Assembly (NCBI RefSeq): GCF_022539665.2
Contig: NC_081333.1
Coordinates: forward strand, 2,232,001 to 2,296,000
Reading direction: 5' to 3'
DNA length: 64,000 bases
Source of the DNA: Daphnia carinata
Lineage: Eukaryota
Shown: piece by piece, positions 14,134-23,862 of the stretch
How the letters are laid out: each line of letters begins with the position of its first letter
Position numbering within the stretch: position 1 is the stretch's first letter
The notes under the pieces: generated by a model
The model's input: the letters and a program-made list of their open reading frames with translations, nothing else
What the model was told of the DNA's origin: nothing
Databases searched by the model: none
Program-made: the position numbers and the translations under genes

Positions 14134-15570
14134 TTAAATTAAATTAAGTTCGTTATCATCTACATCGGTCGCAGCCAATTTAGGTATTCCAGCCATAATG
14201 TGATCTTCTATTTCCGCATGATTGGATCCTCGGAGAATCTTAAAGAAACCTCCGTTGCCCCAGCGCTTGCTCCATGGATTAGCAGCCAACCAATATGGAG
14301 TGCCGTCATCATCAGTTCCCCAGCCAAATAATTTAACAGCATGGTATTCTAAACCTTTGCCGCTTTTGTGCTGGTAAACACCTGATCAATAAAGATCAGT
14401 CACAGTCATAGAGAAAATCCTATTGCACACTAACCTGATTTATAGTACAGAAAATCCTCATAAATCCTTAGATTTGCTTGGACGGGCCCATGTTCCAGAA
14501 TTTCCACTTGGATGGCCTGAACGTCGTTGGGTATTCTATAAACACTCTCACCTATCAATCGGGAACTGATTTTATTGTAAAGCAAATTTGATAAGTTAAC
14601 CAATTTACCATAATAGAGGTCTTGTTTGTAACTTCTTGCATGCGATGCTCTACATGTTTCTTGGCATTGCAGTAGAGTGTTTTCAGTTTTAGGACATTTA
14701 ATTTTGGGCGATCCTTCAATCCTCGGTTGGTAACACGGAAAGAATTGATAATTTTGACAACCCTTAAATGGAGATAAAAATAATTTTTCTTCCATAGTCA
14801 CTCACAATTTTAAGATTTACGTAATCTGAAGAGTAGGATGCCCCTGTAACGATGCCCTGCTTCTTCCTTTTGAATGGATTTAGAAATAAAATATATATAT
14901 AAAAAAAAAAAAAAAAGTTAACGAACTGAACTGACCAGTACATCCACGCTCCTCCAGGAAATCCGCCTTTGCAACCTTTACCACACATGCGACAACAAGC
15001 GAGTAAATTTCCAGCGGACAAGCGTACAACGTGACGACCTCCGGAATGGATGCATATACGATCACTCATCACATCAGTGGGCACTACAGCCTGTTAAAGA
15101 ATAAAATAATTATTTATGCACCTTGAACGTGACTGAACTGCAAATACCCAACAGGAAGCGCAAGGGCCTTGTTCGAATATTTCCCCTATTGTTGGACAGT
15201 TGGGCCACCGTAGACGGGCATCGAATTCCGCTGGAATTGACGTGGAGAAATATCTTGATGAAGAGGAAGAAGATGACCTCCTTTCATTCACTTCACGACG
15301 TTTCACTGACATAAAATAGCGCCATGGATCGTATGCACGAGTGCCCATTAAGGAACGTAATGGCGCTAGTAACTTGTCCATCCAACCTCCTCCAGGAAGA
15401 CTTTTCCCAGTTCGCTGTGATATTGGTATTGCGTTTGCAGACAGAGTGGGTACGGTGTAATTAACTGCTACCACATTTTGAGATTCCACTTCACATGTCA
15501 TTAAAATGAGTAACGAGCAAAATAGACGAATAAAAAAACATGTCCGAGATTTAAATCTAGAAGTTTTCAT
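14134..15570 (-). CDS. Cathepsin B-like cysteine protease (papain family C1A), multi-exon, atypical occluding loop
   Basis: [30 protein letters not shown] (catalytic Gln/Cys), [53 protein letters not shown] (His), YWLAANPW (Asn), [11 protein letters not shown]; hydrophobic N-terminus; TAA at 14134-14136. Confidence 0.93.
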
Positions 15571-16750
15571 GGTCGACTCACTTCTAAGACTGATGTCCGA
15601 AAGCAAAGAAGCCTAGTGGTTTTTGGGTTAGAAGTCACCGCCCAATTGTAGGTGGATTTAACCTGTTCTAAGACAAATTACTTTGGTTTATTGCCGTATT
15701 AGAACGGGTTGAGTTTGCTTGCGTAACAGAAGGTGACCCTTTTATGATTGTTATGTTGAATACAACTTGATCTACTAAATAGATGAAGACTTCTGATACA
15801 AGGCAAAGGACAATCAATATCCGGGTTGTTCTTCTTCCTAGTTGTTCGCCTTTCTTTACAATTGACACAAGTTTCCGGTGCCGGACTCTCACGCGTGTCT
15901 ATTGATAAATCTTCTCACGTTCGCTTTGATGCACTGAAAAGGCGGAAATCAATTTTTTCACGGGTTTCTGTTAGCGTTCGTAGACCTTTTTTTTTTTCGT
16001 TTACTTCGGCAAACCCAAAAAAATCAATAAAGAGACAAAAGGTTTGACGATGTTTTGCTTAGTGTGTCACGAAGTACCTTTAAGATTTCTTGTTTTTCTT
16101 GAATTTGAGGTTTTGTTTGTTTACAATACAAAAAAAATTCTTCGCGATGACACATTAGCTCATTCACACTGGTTTCACCACTTTCTCATTAATGCCCCAC
16201 TGTATACAATACGATGACAGTTTTGGATGGTGATCGTAAATCAGGTCGAGCAATTTGAAACGGATGGGACGTCTTTCGTGAATGCCGAAAGGGTTTTTTC
16301 CAGCTTCTGAGATGACCGCGTTATTTTTCTTTATAATAGGATGTTATGACACTTAAAGCGTTCATGTTTTTTTTTGTAATAGCCTCTTAGTTTCTTCAAA
16401 AGTTTAACGCATTTCAGTTATTTTTGGCGAAGCTAAATATTAAGCTGAGACACGGAGCTGCAGGGAATTAAAGCCTCATATAATCCCTAGAGTTTTTACC
16501 TGACAAAATGCATGTAAAATTCAAATGGTGATTCCGGTTCATCGTCAGGACGACGTAAACAATCGTTGGTACATTGAAATTTCAAAATAAAGAAACTGAA
16601 AACATACCGTATTCAGTAGAAACATGGTCGTTTTATCCATTCCTTCGTTTTGCATTGCAAGCCAGGTAGCCTTTAATTCTTTTAATACGGGGGGGTACGT
16701 TGCCGAACTAATAACTTTCACTAGTTCCACGAAAAAGAAATAAAACTAAC

Positions 16751-16834
16751 CGTCACCGTCGTTGGAAAAACGCTTCATACGGCAGGTAAAGTACAGGTAT
16801 ATAAAGCCCGCGCTTTTCAGATAATCAATCAGTT
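16751..16834 (+). promoter_or_regulatory. Core promoter of the Glu/Arg/Lys-rich secreted gene: upstream box, TATA and initiator
   Basis: TATATAAAG at 16798 and TCAGTT (arthropod Inr consensus) at 16829, about 31 nt apart. Upstream motifs are shared with the promoter at 20201-20290. Confidence 0.7.
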
Positions 16835-16889
16835 GACTTCGAGTCAATAGTTTTGAACTATCTCAATATTATCGAACAATTATTTTGGA

Positions 16890-19523
16890 ATGATTTTTAA
16901 AGTTCTTTTACTTATCGGTTTAGTGGCGCATTACTCCACGGCCAGGAGCGTCCATTTGGACAAACGTAATTCGGCTGAACGGCGTGCGGAGGCTGAAAGG
17001 AATCCGGAAGATCACGAGCCCAATTTAACTGAAGTTATTCACGAGGTAGAAAATGTTCGCGATACTTTCCTACGAAATTTGTCAGAAGAGATGAAAAAAA
17101 TTGATTCCAAGCTGCAGAAAATTAAAGAACGGCACGAACATGAAAAACAAGAAGCTGAACGCGCAGCCGAAGTCCAACGTCCCATCAAAATGCGGCTTGA
17201 AGTGTCCGTCCCGGAGCGTGGAAAGAAGGTCTTCGAACTGGTGGCCAATGGTGACCCAACTGAGCGCAAGGAGGGACGGCTTAGAGACTCCGACAAGCGT
17301 AAAAAAGAAGAAGGATCGAGCGAATCCAGTGAATCTAGCGAATCGAGAGAATCCGGAGAGCGCAGAAAAGAAGAATCATCTAGGGAACGGCTTGAAAAGG
17401 AAGAAGCGAAAGAATCTGCCGAACGCAGAGTAGAAGAAGAGTTTAAAGAACCCGAAGAAGAGAGAGGAGAAGAAGAGTCATCGGGCGAACGCAGGGAAAA
17501 GGAAAAAGCTAAAGAATCAGCCGAACGCAAAGTGGAAGAAGAGACTCGAGAATCCAAGGAAGAAGAGGCTAGAGAATCCGAAAAACGAAAAGAAGAAGAA
17601 GAATCATCCGCCGAACGCAAGAAAAAGGAAAAGGCGAAAGAATTACTCGAAAATGAAATCGAAGAAGAGCGAAAACGAAAAGATGAGGAAGAATCATCCG
17701 CCGAACGTAGAGAAAAGGAAAAGGCCAAAGAATCCGCCGAACGTAAAGTGGAGGAAGAATCTCGGGAAGCTCGTGAACGAGAAGAAGAGGAAGAATCATC
17801 GGCTGAACGCAGGGAAAAGGAAAGAGCCAAAGAATCAGCCGAACGCAAAGTGGAAGAAGAGGCTAGAGAATCCGAGGAAGAAAAAGAGGCTAGAGAATCC
17901 GAGGAAGAAAAAGAGGCTAGAGAATCCGAAAAACGAAAAGAAGAAGAAGAATCATCCGCCGAACGCAAGAAAAAGGAAAAAGCTAAAGAATTACTTGAAA
18001 ACGAAATCGAAGAAGAGCGAAAACGGAAAGACGAGGAAGAATCATCCGCTGAACGTAGAGAAAAAGAAAAGGCCAAAGAATCCGCCGAACGTAAAGTGGA
18101 GGAGGAATTTCGGGAAGCTCGTGAACGAGAAGAAGAGGAAGGATCATCGACCGAACGCAGGGAAAAGGAAAGAGCCAGAGAATCAGCTGAACGCAAAGCC
18201 GGAGATGAGGCCCGAGAATCCCGTGAACGCAAAGAAGAGGAAGAATCTAAAGAACCCCACGAAGAGAGAGAAGAATCATCGGCTGAACGCAGAGAAAAAG
18301 AATCAGCAAAAGAATCAGCCGAACGCAAAGTAGAGGAAGAAGCAAGAGAATCCCGCGAACACAAAGACGAAGAAGAATCGTCTGCTGAACGCAGAGCAAA
18401 GGAAATGGCACGGGAATCTGCTGAACGCAAAGTAGAGGAAGAGGCTCAAGAATCTCGTGAACGTAAAGAAGAAGAAGAAGAAGAATCATCCGGCGAGCGC
18501 AGAGAAAAAGAAAGAGCCAAAGAATCCGCCGAACGCAAAGAAGAGGAAGAATCAAAGGAACAGGAAGAGGAATCATCAGCCGAACGCAGGGAAAAGGAAA
18601 GGGCAAAAGAATCCGCAGAACAAAAGGTAGAAGAAGAATTTCGAGAATCCGAAGAGCGAAAAGAAGAAGAAGAGTCTTCTGCGGAAAAATCTGATTTGAT
18701 GACAGCTCCCAGTGGCTCGAGTATTGTCATAAGCGTTCCACCGGAATTGCATCCTGAAGGAAAAGTGAACATCGAAATCTTTCCAGGTGAAGGCAAAGAA
18801 TACATTGGTGAACCAGAGGATTTAAGAGCTGAAGAGGAGCATACCGAAGCTACAACCGAGGAGCCGAGCTCCACGGAGAGGTCTACAACAGAATCCGTTA
18901 CGACAGAACGTCCCACAGAGCGAACCAGTACAGAAGAAGAAAAACGAACAACTGAACGTCACAGAGAAGAAACAACTACAGAACGTCGAGGTGAAGAAAG
19001 AACTACAGAACGTCAAAGAGAAGAAACAACTACTGAACGTCATGAAGAAGAAAGAACTACAGAACAACGAGGTGAAGAAACAACTACAGAACGTCGACGT
19101 GAAGAAACCACAACGAGTCGTCATAAGGAAAGATCTACCACCACAGAAGCCACTACTCCCGCGCCCGAAGAAGAGGAAGAAGAAGAAGAGGAAACCATTT
19201 TACTTCCACCTGGCACTACAAATATTATTTTTAACCTTCAATCCAGCTCACGAAATCAAGGAGATGAAAGGCCGCAAGAGAATATCGAAAGCTCGAGGAA
19301 CAGTCGTCCTAGCCAAGGAAAACTGTCGCGGCCGACCGATGGCAAGAGACGAACATCCGGCAGACGCTGTCCAGTCGGCTATCAGTTTAACATCTACACT
19401 CAAGACTGCAACTCTCCTAGCCGTAATATCAATTACGGATCTTATTCGTTTTCCGGGTTCCCTCCTCAGATTTCCTTTAATCAGAACAGTCCTTTTATAA
19501 ATTTATTTGGTTCACGTAAATAA
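16890..19523 (+). CDS. Intronless secreted 877-aa protein: signal peptide, ESSAERR/ESAERK Glu-Arg-Lys repeats, Thr-rich TTER stalk, C-terminal CPVGYQFNIYTQDCN module
   Basis: Single long ORF, hydrophobic N-terminus MIFKVLLLIGLVAHYSTA, TATA/Inr upstream. No family recognised. Confidence 0.85.
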   Translation: MIFKVLLLIGLVAHYSTARSVHLDKRNSAERRAEAERNPEDHEPNLTEVIHEVENVRDTFLRNLSEEMKKIDSKLQKIKERHEHEKQEAERAAEVQRPIKMRLEVSVPERGKKVFELVANGDPTERKEGRLRDSDKRKKEEGSSESSESSESRESGERRKEESSRERLEKEEAKESAERRVEEEFKEPEEERGEEESSGERREKEKAKESAERKVEEETRESKEEEARESEKRKEEEESSAERKKKEKAKELLENEIEEERKRKDEEESSAERREKEKAKESAERKVEEESREAREREEEEESSAERREKERAKESAERKVEEEARESEEEKEARESEEEKEARESEKRKEEEESSAERKKKEKAKELLENEIEEERKRKDEEESSAERREKEKAKESAERKVEEEFREAREREEEEGSSTERREKERARESAERKAGDEARESRERKEEEESKEPHEEREESSAERREKESAKESAERKVEEEARESREHKDEEESSAERRAKEMARESAERKVEEEAQESRERKEEEEEESSGERREKERAKESAERKEEEESKEQEEESSAERREKERAKESAEQKVEEEFRESEERKEEEESSAEKSDLMTAPSGSSIVISVPPELHPEGKVNIEIFPGEGKEYIGEPEDLRAEEEHTEATTEEPSSTERSTTESVTTERPTERTSTEEEKRTTERHREETTTERRGEERTTERQREETTTERHEEERTTEQRGEETTTERRREETTTSRHKERSTTTEATTPAPEEEEEEEEETILLPPGTTNIIFNLQSSSRNQGDERPQENIESSRNSRPSQGKLSRPTDGKRRTSGRRCPVGYQFNIYTQDCNSPSRNINYGSYSFSGFPPQISFNQNSPFINLFGSRK
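17565..18210 (+). repeat. Internal duplication of about 300 nt at a 348-nt offset, nested in shorter SAER repeats
   Basis: EARESEKRKEEEESSAERKKKEKAKELLENEIEEERKRKDEEESSAERR... begins at both 17565 and 17913 with near-identical DNA. Confidence 0.85.
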
Positions 19524-20200
19524 TTGTAGTGATCAAGAATAGTAATGTAGTAGATGCATAGTTTAAAATCTGTTTTTTGAATACACATTGAAGAAAAAAT
19601 AATAATACTATACTTTTTTCGAAAGAATGAAGTTTGAAAAAATCGTACCTAAGATTTTTGAAGATTGGAGTAGTGTAGATGCGATGGGAACTACCCTTTT
19701 CATAAGCATTGCACAATATTGGAAAGAACCTGTAAGAAAACATTTTGGAGTAAATAAATGAACAAACAAATAAATAAATAATAAAATATAGTATAGAAGA
19801 AACATTAAATTGGTTTTAGCACAAAAAAAAAACACTGGAAGCAATAGCTTAAGGATAGATAAATAGGACATAGAACCTTTATTCCTATTACAGACGCACA
19901 GGAAAAAATAGGTATTTTTTTTCTTTCAAAGAGTGTGATTTACAATTCCATTGCGCAACTGCAGAAATGATAAATAACAAACGTTAATGAGCTAACAATG
20001 AAGACATAATACATCTAAAAATAAAAAACAAAATAAAAGAACGGAATCGGAAATAGACGAACAATTCTCACAAGGGTTCAGTCCATTCCTTAACTATGTC
20101 ATATAATGAAGCACTGGATTAAACGGTGCTTGATCAACGTTTTCAACTTTCACTGCTTCTATGAACGGCACAAAAGAATGTAGAAAGAAAAGGGAAACTT

Positions 20201-20290
20201 GTCAGTCGCTATCGTTTGGGAAACGCTTTACAGTGTAAGTACATAGCTTTCGTATAAAAATGGCAGGTAGTTTCAGATTCTCTATCATTT
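20201..20290 (+). promoter_or_regulatory. Core promoter of the collagen-like secreted gene: upstream box, TATA and initiator
   Basis: TATAAAAA at 20253 and TCATTT (Inr-like) at 20285. Motif order is the same as in 16751-16834. Confidence 0.65.
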
Positions 20291-20344
20291 AACACTGGAC
20301 AGGGGGACTGTAGCTCACTTGAGCTGCCATATTCGCATAAAGGT

Positions 20345-21013
20345 ATGCTTATAGCTCTCATATTCATTGCCCTAGTGGTGGGTCACACCACGACCGGCGC
20401 AGAGGACGCATCCAGCAGAAACGCAGAAGATGGGAAGTCTGTAGATGACGAGGGTCCCGATATGGAGAACATCTGCACTTGTGACTACCCAGAAACAACA
20501 GAAGAGCTTGCAGCTCCCAGTGGCACAAGCATTCGCATTGGCATACCGCCAGGAAGAGAAACCCCACGAGCTGAGAATGGCCCTCCCGGTCGCCCTGGAC
20601 CTGCTGGCCCTCCCGGACCCTCTGGACCTGATGGCCCTCCCGGACTCCCTGGCCCTCCCGGACCCGCTGGACACCCTGGCCCTCCCGGACCCGCTGGACA
20701 CCCTGGCCCTCCCGGACCCGCTGGACACCCTGGCCCTCCCGGACCCGCCGGACACCCTGGCCCTCCCGGACCCGCTGGATACCCTGGCCCTCCCGGACCC
20801 TGTTGTACTCCGGAACTCATTCGCTCCATCGAAGTTGAAGCTCCCCCTGTACAGGTTGTCCCTCCGAGCATACCTCAGGCACCAATGTGCCCATATGGCT
20901 ATCAATTTAACTTCAATACCGGGACCTGTAACGCAGTGGGTAACTCCAACGGGTTTCTTAATTTTTACAAATCCTGGTATCTCAAACCTTTCAAAAAATT
21001 CTATAGCTTTTGA
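20345..21013 (+). CDS. Intronless secreted short collagen-like protein (222 aa, 25 uninterrupted Gly-X-Y triplets, GPCC end, C-terminal [15 protein letters not shown] module)
   Basis: Signal-like N-terminus [18 protein letters not shown]; Gly-X-Y run at 20579-20803; TATA/Inr upstream. Confidence 0.88.
   Translation: MLIALIFIALVVGHTTTGAEDASSRNAEDGKSVDDEGPDMENICTCDYPETTEELAAPSGTSIRIGIPPGRETPRAENGPPGRPGPAGPPGPSGPDGPPGLPGPPGPAGHPGPPGPAGHPGPPGPAGHPGPPGPAGHPGPPGPAGYPGPPGPCCTPELIRSIEVEAPPVQVVPPSIPQAPMCPYGYQFNFNTGTCNAVGNSNGFLNFYKSWYLKPFKKFYSF
20651..20800 (+). repeat. 27-nt coding tandem repeat, about 5.5 copies (GPPGPAGHP)
   Basis: ggccctcccggacccgctggacaccct repeated almost perfectly; the last full copy has His changed to Tyr. 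Confidence 0.95.
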
Positions 21014-21166
21014 ACTAATTTGACATGCAGAATTCAAAATGTAGATAGTGTACGATTACAAATTGCGTTTGTTTTTACATGCATCATAAAATACTTAGCT
21101 CGGCTTTATACGATAAAGCTTTAGGAGTATGTGTGGAGAAAGTGGGACACGGATGATGTCTGTGTT

Positions 21167-23444
21167 TTAATCTGGTTCCTCAGATTGTTCCTCTTGTCGC
21201 GATGTCGACGATATTGGAGAGTCAATGGCGATCCGGCGGGTACCGTTTATTGAAGCTAACGAAGCCGGTGATAGCTGTTGATGTTGTTGTTGCAGTTGTT
21301 GCAACCGATGCGACAGAAAATTCGGTGGGAAAAATGTTGGATTCACCGTGCCTTAAAATAGAAAATGAGATCGTTTTAGCAATCCTTACACAGAGAATGG
21401 CATTAACTATTACGTAACGTTGGTGTAGCAGGTGAGAAGGCCGACAAATTATTTTGTGACATGTAAGAAGAAAATGATGCTATTCTTTGTACTGCTGTAG
21501 CACTTGTTCCCTCGTGGAACTGCTGATGGGAGGTCATCATTCGCGGAGGTAGTAAATGACGAAACCGATTCATCTGTTCCGTGCTGAGGGCACGCACAGA
21601 TCCTTGTTGACGGCCAAGTGACGAGAGAAAATTTAAATGCGCATGATGTTCACTGGTATTTGCGTGCTTCTTTATTATTTGAAATGGGCTTAAGCCGGGA
21701 ACTGTGACTGAATGATATGCCAAGAGGCTACCAGTTGATTCTTCAATAGCCTAGAAGAACCAATTTTAAAGCTAAATCCCTAAATTTAATCAACGCAATT
21801 GGATACCTGAAGCTGCTGTAATACAAGTTCGAATCCCGAAATCCCCTTGACAGGCTTCGATGTTGGAACCTCTGCTTCATCCACTGGCAAATCACAATCA
21901 GCATCCGGAACAACCTGCAATGAAAATTAGTTAATAAATTCAAAATTTTATTCTATTTCGTGTATTTGACTGCTAACCTGTAATAAGGACAGATCGGCTG
22001 ATGAAGATGGAAAATGGCTTACGGCTATAGCAGAGTCGAGCACATCGACGACTTGGTCAGCCTTTAGCCTTTGGTGTGGATTTAGATTCAGTAAACGTTG
22101 AACTAGCCTCGTAGTGCTATCCGAGACACGACCGTCCCTTACCATTTGATCAAATAGAAGTATTTTCACTTGATTTCGACACTAGCATATATGATTCTTA
22201 CCTGGGAATAGTGAATTCGGCGGCTTTGATCTTCCTGAAGAGTTCTTGAGGGACCGAGTCGTAGAATGGAAACTGGCCATAGAGCATAGTGAATAATACG
22301 ACTCCCAAGGCCCACATATCCGACGGCTTGCCTGCATCCATTAAAAAACTGAAATTGTATTTTCATTAAGAAACAAAGAGAAGGTATTATAATACCTAGG
22401 TAGGGTTTGCCACTCAGAACGTCTGGAGAAATGTACGCTGGAGAACCTCTCTGATCACGCAACAGGTCTTCTTCGTTTGCCAGATGCTTCCCCAGACAGA
22501 AATTAATGAGAGTAATGCGTCGGTTTTGTCGGTTCAGCACTAAATTACCAAGTTTCAAATCTCTGTGGACAATATTTCTCTAAGGTTAGCGAAAATTTAG
22601 AAGGCAATTCTGCAAAGCTCTCACCAACTCAACTAATAACATACTTGGTGAAGACTTTTTACTACACAGACAATTTCTCTAAATATCCAAAGGCTTTCCT
22701 GTTCAGTCAATTTTTTCTCCTTAATGACATACTGCTGAAGGTTGACATAGTTGTGAGAATAAGGACAGAAGTCATTTGGTGAAAGACAATCTAGGATGAG
22801 ATTGAGCCTTTTGACTTTATTCCCAGTAATAACTACTGTTCCATTTTGAAGTTCCTGTTCCTCATATGCCAAGTCCTGGGGTAGGACTAATTTTAATGGA
22901 AAGAGTTTTAGGAACTAAATTTTTATGTTAATACTTTGAAAAACCCATGGTGATGAATAACCCCAGGTTGATCATGTAGTAGGGACAGGAGACTATATTC
23001 AGTTAATAACAACATTTTTCCTTGCTTCTCATCCTGGGTTTCTTCATTGAGGGATTTCATAATAAGCATCTAATTTTATATAATAAATTAAAAATTTTAC
23101 GAAATATATGATGACATTCATCACCAACCCACTTTCAATGTATAAAATTCATCTGTTTTGGATTTTCTTGCTAAACATTGTGTAATGCTGCGGACAGGAG
23201 AATTTCCCAGCCGAGGTCCTATCACAAAAGGACCTGCCCTTTTCACCTCTTTGTCATTCCTCATTTCACTTGTTTCACACCCAGCTGTAGAAACATGAGT
23301 TGATAGGTTACCTTAATCCCACATAAAATAATCGATCAGTTGGTTAAATGAAAGGTAACCAATTTCTGAAAATTAGATATTACTATTAACACACTGTTTC
23401 TTCCGGCTTTCAATTCCATCGACATCAGGGGCCGAACGCTTCAT
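21167..23444 (-). CDS. STK40: Serine/threonine kinase 40 (Tribbles-related pseudokinase), multi-exon
   Basis: MKRSAPD...KRAGPFVIGPRLGNSPVRSITQCLARK, VHRDLKLGNLVL, ITLINFCLGKHL (NFC in place of DFG), DQRGSPAYISPDVLSGKPY, and LQVVPD (COP1-binding VP motif). Confidence 0.93.
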
Positions 23445-23862
23445 TACTAAATGTTTATATACTCAGTGCCTGTATAGCTTTTAAAGACAAAATATTACGA
23501 AATTTCAAAACGACAACCACACTTAGAAAATTGCAAGTTCGCATTAGCAATGTGCAAGTGCCGGACTGACAGTAAGGCGCCAATCTTCCATCAAGGCAGA
23601 GTTCAACGTGTTCAAAATATTTTTCTACAAATTTTTTTTGAAAAACGTTTCAAACAAAAATAACACGGTTTTTGTATTATTTATTACCTAGTATGTATAA
23701 ATTGTAATTCGTATTTGTAAATTTGTCGATACAAATTTCAATTTTTAAGTTTGGCAATGTCAAATCTAAATGTCGGCTGTCGAAATCGTTTTCCCCGAAT
23801 GCAAAAACGCTAGAAACTTAAATTTCGTTCCTGTTTTTGATTTGTAATTGCGCATAATAAAT

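Noticed and set aside
17039..18916. Long antisense and alternate-frame ORFs (463 aa, 226 aa, 156 aa) over the repeat gene
   Set aside because: These are shadows of a purine-rich codon repeat that lacks stops in other frames; there is no independent signal.
20651..20800. Regular 27-nt repeats as a CRISPR array
   Set aside because: The copies are head-to-tail with no spacers, lie in frame in a coding exon, and are in a eukaryotic context.
20372..21037. Antisense ORFs with GPGGPGCPA or SGSGRARVS repeats (silk-like appearance)
   Set aside because: They are the reverse complement of the collagen repeat. The signal peptide and promoter support only the plus-strand frame.
22490..22575. Degenerate DFG motif (NFC) as evidence that the kinase gene is a pseudogene
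   Set aside because: This is the normal state of the STK40 pseudokinase family, and the reading frames and splice sites are intact.
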